From positions 33,666,001-33,730,000 of the forward strand of contig OX597835.1 in NCBI GenBank assembly GCA_951406725.2: a stretch of 64,000 nt of DNA. Direction: 5' to 3'. The position numbers and the translations under genes were made by a program. Shown piece after piece: positions 56,293 to 64,000 of this stretch. Under the pieces are notes generated by a model. The model ran no database searches. It saw nothing but the letters and a program-made list of their open reading frames with translations, and was not told the DNA's origin. The first letter of the stretch is position 1; each line of letters opens with the position of its first letter. Origin of the DNA: Octopus vulgaris (taxonomy: Eukaryota).

Positions 56293-56965
56293 TTGGTTTC
56301 AAATTTTGGCACAAGACCAACAGTTTTTTGGGGGGAGGACTAAGTTGATGACATCGTCCCTAGTTTTCAACTAGTACTTATTTTATCGATCCGGAAGGAT
56401 AAAAGGCAAAGTCGACCTTCGCGGAATTTGAATTCAAACATAAAGACAGATGAAATGCCGCTAAGCGTTTTGCCTTGTGTACTAATGATTCTGCAAGCTT
56501 TCGCTTTAACAAGCCTTTTTGCTATAGGCACAAGGCCTGAATTTTGTGGGGAGGGGGCTAGTCGATAACATAGACCCTAGTGTTCAACTGGTATGTATTT
56601 TATCAACTCCGGAAGCAATAATCATAATCCCATCAGACTTTATCCGAATGCTCAAAATATCACTGTTTCTAGACAAACTTATTAATAAAATAAGTCATAG
56701 AATCTCCCCTCTAAAAGGATTCGTATATTTCCATCTAATATTGATTTATCATCTTTAAGGAGACCAACTGACAGACTTGTTCGTACTCACTTCATCCGTC
56801 TTTACGTTTGGAACTCCTCTTTACGTTCGGAATTCCTCCGTCGTTACGTTCGGAATTTGCCTTTCATCATTTCGGGGTCGATAAAATAAGTACCAGTTGA
56901 ACACTAGTATCGGTGTATTTGACTTAATCCTTCCTCTATAATTACAAACCTTGTGCCAAAAATTT
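56293..56965. mobile_element. Cluster of Nin/Deu-like SINE copies
   Basis: AAAGGCAAAGTCGACCT (minus, ~56402) and TTTGCCTTTCATCATTTCGGGGTCGATAAAATAAGTACCAG (plus, ~56856). Confidence 0.75.
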
Positions 56966-57500
56966 TAATCCAATGTTAATTTATCATCTAATAATATTAT
57001 CAACTAATATTATAAAACAGTCATAGGTTTACCCAATCTGAAAAGGTAGACGTATTTAATACAAATTTATCAACTAAAATAAACAAAGATCCTCTTAGTA
57101 TTTCACCCAATAATACTCTACCAATGCAGCGTATTCTAAAAAAAAAAAATAGAAAAATACATATTTGGTATATTATTTCGTTTTCCTTAGATGTAAAAAC
57201 ACAAGAGCTACGAATTTGTTTTTTCTTTTTCATACTTGGGAAAATTTTTGGCCTCATCATAAATATTACTAAATCTTAATAAACCAACCGTCTGGTTATA
57301 CAACACCAAACTTAACGTATATGACTATAAGTTAAATAGATACGAATTTTACTTTAAACATTATAACCAAGATAGTAGAAATAATTATATTAGTTGTGTC
57401 TGGGGAGAGTCATTTTCTTTTTGTGCCTTATAATTTAACACAATCACCGGTAAAATTTCCAAGAATCTTGCAAACCAAATCCAAAAACGAAATAATTATA

Positions 57501-58665
57501 TTAGGTTGTCCGGAAAGTTCTGAGCATTTTAAGCTAAATCTTTTAACGCTTCATTGAACACACCTGAAACGTGCATCTTTTCTTTGTTCCTGACTAAAAA
57601 TAGATTTGTCTTTCATTCTGGTTATCCTTTGTTGACATTTGAAATGGATAACCAAAAATTCCATATTCACGTTGTAATATTTTTCTTTTTTACAAAAGGA
57701 AAAAATCCTGCAAAGACTTGCAAAAACATTTGTGAAGTTTATGGTGATGATGTTGCAGTGGGTGAATCGAAGGTGGTTTGTAAAATTTAAAGCAAGTGAG
57801 TTTAGCTTGGAAGATAAGAGTCGCCATCGAAGACCTTCAAATTTGGATGAAAATGTTTTCAAGGCAAAAATCGAAAACTCAAATATCACGACTAGAGAAC
57901 TTGCTGATAAGTTGGAAGTTTCTAAACGTACGGCCCATGAACACCTAGTGAAGCTAGGATGCATTTCCTGATATAATGCATGGGTCCCTCACACATTCTC
58001 AGAAATGAATTGCTTGGACCGGTATTCCGTTTGTGATATGCTTTGAAACGGAATGAAATCATGCCTATTTTGAATTAAAACTAGAAATGAAAAAATGGAT
58101 TGTGAACGAAAACGTAGAGCAAAAAAGATCCAGGCGTTTATCCCCCAAAGCAGCAACCAAAGACGAATATCCATGCCAGAAAAGCCATGCTTTGTGTTTC
58201 GGGGAATTTTAAAGGCATTATTTTTTATGAGCTTCTCCCACAAAACCAGACCATTAATTCTGATGTGTACTGTCGTCAGCTGGCTAATTTGAACCAATGT
58301 ATCAAATAATTGAGGCCGACGACTGAAAACAAGAAAGGGGTAGTGTTTAACAAGACAACATGTGTCTTGGGCTACCCGAATAAGGTTACATAAACTTGGC
58401 TGAGATCTGTTACCCCATCTACCATATTCTGTTGATATTGTGCCTTCCAACTACCACTTGTTTTAGTCCCTGCAGAACTCATTGCAAGGGAAAACATTTA
58501 ATGGTTTATATGGAGTCGAGTCAAAATGCATCTAGAAAACTTTTTCTTCAAAACCAGTCAAATTTTATGCTGGTGAAATATTTAAATTGCCTGAGATGGA
58601 CAAGGTTATTAATAATAATGGAAATTATTTCATTGAATAAAATTTATTGAATGGTCAAATATTTA
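57501..58665 (+). mobile_element. mariner transposon, near-complete degenerate transposase, left TIR only
   Basis: TA|TTAGGTTGTCCGGAAAGTTC; HTH region KGKNPAKTCKNICEVYG..RRWFVKFK..LEDKSR..ITTRELADKLEVSK; WVPH; YSVDIVPSNYHLF (YSPDLAPSDYHLF-like). Confidence 0.9.
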
Positions 58666-59171
58666 TATCCCTTTTTGTATATTAAAATATATACAATTCT
58701 TTCTACTATAGCCTCAAGACTTGAAATTTTAGTGAATGAGACTAGTCAATAATGATATTAAGAATGAAATAATGATAATAAGCCCTGATGCAGTACCAGG
58801 GGCTGGCTTCTATGGCTTGTGATCTTAATTGATAGAAAGTGTTGTCATGTACATAATTTGTCTTGGTATAAAAAATGGGCTACAGCAAATATTCTGCTCA
58901 GTACGACAGACTTGCTTCTCAATTGTTTGACCTTAACCAGTTGAGTATGTCCATTAATGGCTGACAATATGTGCACCTGTGACCGCGCGCAGAAGTAGTG
59001 GGTGAGCATCATAACCATGTGTTGAGAGGGATTCTTTGGGGTTTTAATAATTCATCTTTGAAAATATGGGTGTTTCGTTCAACATCCTAAAACAACCCTT
59101 ATTCAGAGACCTTTTGAGCAGGGTGGGCTACTCAGCCTGAAGAAAATTTTAGACACACAAACATATACACA

Positions 59172-59438
<267 letters not shown>

Positions 59439-59608
59439 TGAAATTTTTTTATTTATCTCGTTCAAGTTTATCAATTATGTATCTTTATATATTAATTAAG
59501 TAACTATTTTGGGTGGTGACCTTTGTATTTTAGCTGCAGAAATAGCTGTAGAATTTACGAATGAAATATTGAAATATCAGTGAGATTTTTGTATTTTCAA
59601 GTATATGT

Positions 59609-59646
<38 letters not shown>

Positions 59647-60239
59647 ATGTATGTACGTGTGTCTGTGTTGTGATATGTATATGTGTGCGTGCGTGTTGCT
59701 GTGCATTTGTGTCTGTGTAAGTGAAGTAACAAAGACGGAGAGCTTTTTAAAATGGGTAAACGGAAAGTTTAATGACCTTTATATATTTGAGATACAAAGC
59801 CCATCAGATGTGAACGAGATAAACAAACGAAGTGCTGTGCTGAAAACTCAACATGACCGGATCTGTGTAAGCTCTTAGTTCTTTATTCTGTTCACTTCTG
59901 ACGATGGGCCTTTCTGCTTGAAACATACAAAGGTTACTAAACTTTTCAGTTTCACATCGTATGGAGTTCTCTGCCTTCATTATTTTGTTATTTCACATCT
60001 GAATTGCAACGCTTCTAGCAAGCTACAGCGCTCTTCATATCTATATATATATATACATCGTAATATATTTGTCCATCCAACATAGCCCTTAATCCTTCAA
60101 TAACATGAAAGAGACCAGTAAATAATGCGTTTCTGTATAGCGACAATTTAGTCATAATGGGTTTTGGTGAACTCTGTAAAAAAGGGCAAATTGAAATACG
60201 AACAAAGATATTTTTCCGCTAGCTGTGACATTTCTTATA

Positions 60240-60241
60240 TT

Positions 60242-60286
<45 letters not shown>

Positions 60287-60910
60287 TGCTTGCTTTCCCT
60301 CTCTCTCGTTCTCTCTCTCCCTCGCTCTTTCTCTCTCTCCATCTCTCTCTCGTTCTCTTTCTTTCTTTCTTTCTTTCTTTCTCTCACTCTCGCTCTCTCT
60401 TTCTTTCTTTCTCTCTCTCTCTCGTCCCCTCTCTCCCTCGCTCTTTCTCTCTCTCTCGTTCATTCTCTTTCTTTCTTTCTTTCTCTCTCTCTCTCGTCCT
60501 CTTTCTCCCTCGTTCTTTCTCTCTCCCCTCTCTCTCTCTCTCCCTCTTAATATAAATTCAATTTTCCTCTCCTCGGTTTCATTCTTGTTCACTCTCTTTT
60601 CTTTCTCTATCTTCCTCTCTTTCTCTCTTTCTCACTCGCTCACTCCGCCTTACAACTTTTCCTCCTCTTTCTCCTTGATATTCTTCTCAATCTCCACATT
60701 TTTCTTCATCTCTAACTTATTCTTCATCGTCTCATTTCCGTCTTCTCATTTCCATTTTTCCCTTTTAGTCCTTTTCATTTTTCTTTCTACCTTTCTTTCA
60801 TTCTTCTTCTATTTTTCCCTTCACTTTACCGCCATTCCATTCTTCCCTTTTCCATTTTAGTATATCTCTCCCATTTTACATTCCTTCTCTCTCTCTCTCT
60901 CTCTCCATAT
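60240..60910. repeat. (CT)n/(CTTT)n polypyrimidine low-complexity tract
   Basis: Direct reading. Confidence 0.93.
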
Positions 60911-61234
60911 ATATATATATATATATCTTTCCTTATCCACTTCCATTTTGCTCGCTCTCACCTCGATCTCTTCTTCCCCAATAAATTCTTTGACAATTTC
61001 ATCAAAAAGTAACAACAATTTTGGACACACAGACAGACAAGCTTGCCATTTATGGATGTTTGCATCTAACAAAAATATTGTTTACAAACTGTCAAAAATA
61101 ATGTTCCACTTCTACAACTGAACAATGAAAAACATTTCCGATTTCGTTTATTTCATATATATGTGTGCGTGTGTGTGTGTGTGCGCGCGCGCGTGTGTGT
61201 ATATATATATATGTATGTATGTATATGTATATAC

Positions 61235-61285
<51 letters not shown>

Positions 61286-61286
61286 C

Positions 61287-61339
<53 letters not shown>

Positions 61340-61340
<1 letters not shown>

Positions 61341-61552
61341 CGGGAGGCTTTATGAAAATAAACAAAAGACGAAGGCAGGTGGAGTACAAGCAAACAATTG
61401 TATTAGTATGGCGCTCAGGAATATAAATAAAACAAGTCTTTTACGTTTCGAGCCTACGCTCTTCAACAGAAAGATACACAGAAAAGAAACACGGAGAGAA
61501 ACAAGGAGAGAAAAAAAATGCGTGCAGAAGCTAGCGATTCAACATGGCGATT
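61340..61552 (-). mobile_element. ~200-bp ORF-less element with hammerhead-like motif (copy 2)
   Basis: Between (TA)n tracts; minus strand UCUUU CUGUUGA A GAGC-GUAG-GCUC GAAA CG UA|AAAGA at 61437-61474. Confidence 0.68.
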
Positions 61553-61584
61553 CTGTATATATATATATACACATATACATATAC

Positions 61585-61649
<65 letters not shown>

Positions 61650-61652
<3 letters not shown>

Positions 61653-62035
61653 TCTTTTACTCTTTTACTTGTTTCAGTCAATTGACTGCGGCCACGCTGG
61701 AGCACCGCCTTTAGTCGAGCAAATCGACCCCGGGACTTATTCTTTGTAAGCCCAGTCTCTTTTGCCGAACCGCTAAGTGACGGGGACGTAAACACACCAG
61801 CATCGGTTGTCAAGTAATGCTAGGGGGACAAACACAGACACACAAACACACACATATATATATACATATATATACGACAGGCTTCTTTCAGTTTCCGTCT
61901 ACTAAATCCACTCACAAGGCATTGGTCGGCCCGGGGCTAAAGCAGAAGACACTTGCCCAAGATGCCACGCAGTGGGATTGAACCTGGAACCAAGTGGTTG
62001 GCTAGCAAGCTACTTACCACACAGCCACTCCTGCG

Positions 62036-62038
<3 letters not shown>
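61650..62038 (-). mobile_element. Complete microsatellite-bearing tRNA SINE
   Basis: Head at 62038, internal (CA/TA)n, tail at 61650. Confidence 0.9.
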
Positions 62039-62090
<52 letters not shown>

Positions 62091-62092
<2 letters not shown>

Positions 62093-62279
62093 CGCAGGCG
62101 TGGCTGTGTGATAAGAAGCTTGGTTCGCTATCACACAGTTCTGGGTGCAGTCCACTGCGTGACACATTGGGCGAGCGTCTTTAACGTTTCGAGCCTACGC
62201 TCTTCTATAGAAAGGGACACAGAAAAAAAACAAGGAGAGAAAAAATGTGTGTAGTGGCTAACGATCTATCATGGCGAAT
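62091..62279. mobile_element. Plus-strand SINE head fused to partial copy 3 of the hammerhead-like element (62177-62279)
   Basis: Junction at shared GTCTT. Confidence 0.65.
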
Positions 62280-62837
62280 ATATATATATATATATTAGTG
62301 ACAGAGGCAGAATTAATACTGAGAGGTAACATATATCCACACTTAAAAGTGAATGTTCTGTTGGTTTCTTCTAGATGTAGCATGACTTGGGTCTAAGCAA
62401 AGAAAAAATACTGTAGCCACGGATATCATAGCTAGGGATATCATTGCTTGTTTACATCTGACGTCTTAATACGAAACGTTGTAGCAACAATCAGTGCTGT
62501 CTATGGTTTCTATAGAATATATGTAGAAGCAACCTTAAAAATAATGAAGCAACTGACTTAGAAAAACATGTAGTATACTTCTTTGTGGATTGTGTTTCCT
62601 TAACGAAGTGCCACGTAGCCACGAACCTTTAATGTTTACTGAAATAACTGACCAACGTTTGAGCATCAGCGTTACCAGATTGGGAATTGAGACCGAACAG
62701 ACGCTCATACATAGAAGAGCAGAACAGCAGGGGATATTACTGCTACTACACCTACTAAAGTCAAGTACGACGAACAGGCGACTGGGATGTTGATACACAT
62801 ACTAGGGTGAGAGGAAACGTCTACTAATAACCCTATT

Positions 62838-63190
62838 ATCACCTTGATCACCTTGACCAACCAGTCCGTCGGGAGTCGATTTGACACCGCTGGTCACAGC
62901 ACGCTGTCCACTCCTCTTTGGATCGCACCTTTCTCATCCACGTGATCCCAATCGTCCTCCTGAAATCGTAACTCCACCGTCGTGGAGGCCTTCCGGGTGG
63001 TCGTTCCCGCTCGCGCGGGTACCACTCGACAACTGCGCAGGTCCACCGATTATCGGCGACGTGTCCAGCCCATCTAAACTTGCTGCGTGTATACTCTGCG
63101 ATGACATCCCTCACGCCGGACTTCTTTCTGATGATCTCGCTACTGATGTGCTCTCTCAATGAGATACCAAGCATTGACCTTTCCATGGCT
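62838..63190 (-). mobile_element. RTE-clade LINE 3' fragment
   Basis: MERSMLGISLREHISSEIIRKKSGVRDV..KFRWAGHVA..EWYPRERERPPGRPPRRW; tail (TCAAGGTGA)x2. Confidence 0.9.
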
Positions 63191-63758
63191 CTTTGATAAC
63201 CCTATTATAACTTATATTTTATTATAAAATAAAAGGCAATAACGCAAATGCTACACGTCAATGCGCAAAATGTGATTATTTAAGGAATTCTGTAATGAAT
63301 TGTAATGAAGATTTATTTCCCGATGTTAAAATGAAAATTTTTTGTTTATAATGGAAAGAGAGAAAAATTAGGCTTTCTAAAGAAACATGTAATAATTTTT
63401 AAAGAATAAAGAATGTCAAAATTCATATAGGAAACAGCAGTTCGATCTTTATTGGAAATAGATCAATCATTTAATACACAGATTGCCTATATAGGGTTCC
63501 GCTTCACACAATCACGCACGCACACTCATAGACACACATGCACACTGACACACATACATATACAATTAAAACATCAATACGTATGCACATGTGATTATAT
63601 AAATATGTATATATATGTCCATGATTATATATACACATATTTATGTAACACATAGATATGTATGCATGTACATAGACATATATTTACATATATATGTGTG
63701 TATGTTTGTGTGTGTATATATATATATTGATACATGCATATAAGTGTGTATAAATGTA

Positions 63759-63832
<74 letters not shown>

Positions 63833-63857
63833 TGTATGTATGTATGTATGTATGTAT

Positions 63858-64000
63858 AGGCGCAGGAGTGGCTGTGCGGTAAGTCTCTTGCTTACCGACA
63901 ACCCAACCACACGATTCCGGGTTCAGTCCCACTGCGTGGCATCTTGGGCAAGTGTCTTCTACTATAGCCTCGGGTCGACCAAAGCCTTGTGAGTGGATTT
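63858..64000 (+). mobile_element. tRNA SINE head, running off the window
   Basis: GGCGCAGGAGTGGCTGTGCGGTAAG..GGGTTCAGTCCCACTGCGTGGC. Confidence 0.88.

Noticed and set aside
62449-62490. TACATCTGACGT..CGAAACGTTGTA
   Set aside because: Core incomplete and stem II too weak to call a hammerhead.

Overview
AT-rich, repeat-saturated eukaryotic DNA. The SINE families and the huge (TA)n/(GATA)n/trinucleotide tracts suggest a cephalopod, probably octopus, genome (inference). No host gene can be called confidently; most listed ORFs are microsatellite read-through. Main content: (1) a head-to-tail array of two full-length but frameshifted Tx1/L1-clade non-LTR retrotransposons plus a third 3'-end stub, each bounded at both ends by (GATA)n/(TATC)n, pointing to a GATA-microsatellite-targeting family; (2) a set of type I hammerhead-ribozyme motifs in Penelope-like or ORF-less elements sitting in (TA)n tracts, including a canonical one (26689-26731), one with a 62-nt stem II (41316-41406), a U3-A8 variant inside a 1.9-kb GIY-YIG palindrome, and a ~200-bp element in three copies; (3) several tRNA-derived modular SINE families, mariner/Tc1 relics, two short Helitrons, and CR1 and RTE 3' fragments. 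All structures were read by eye; no alignment, folding or database search was run.
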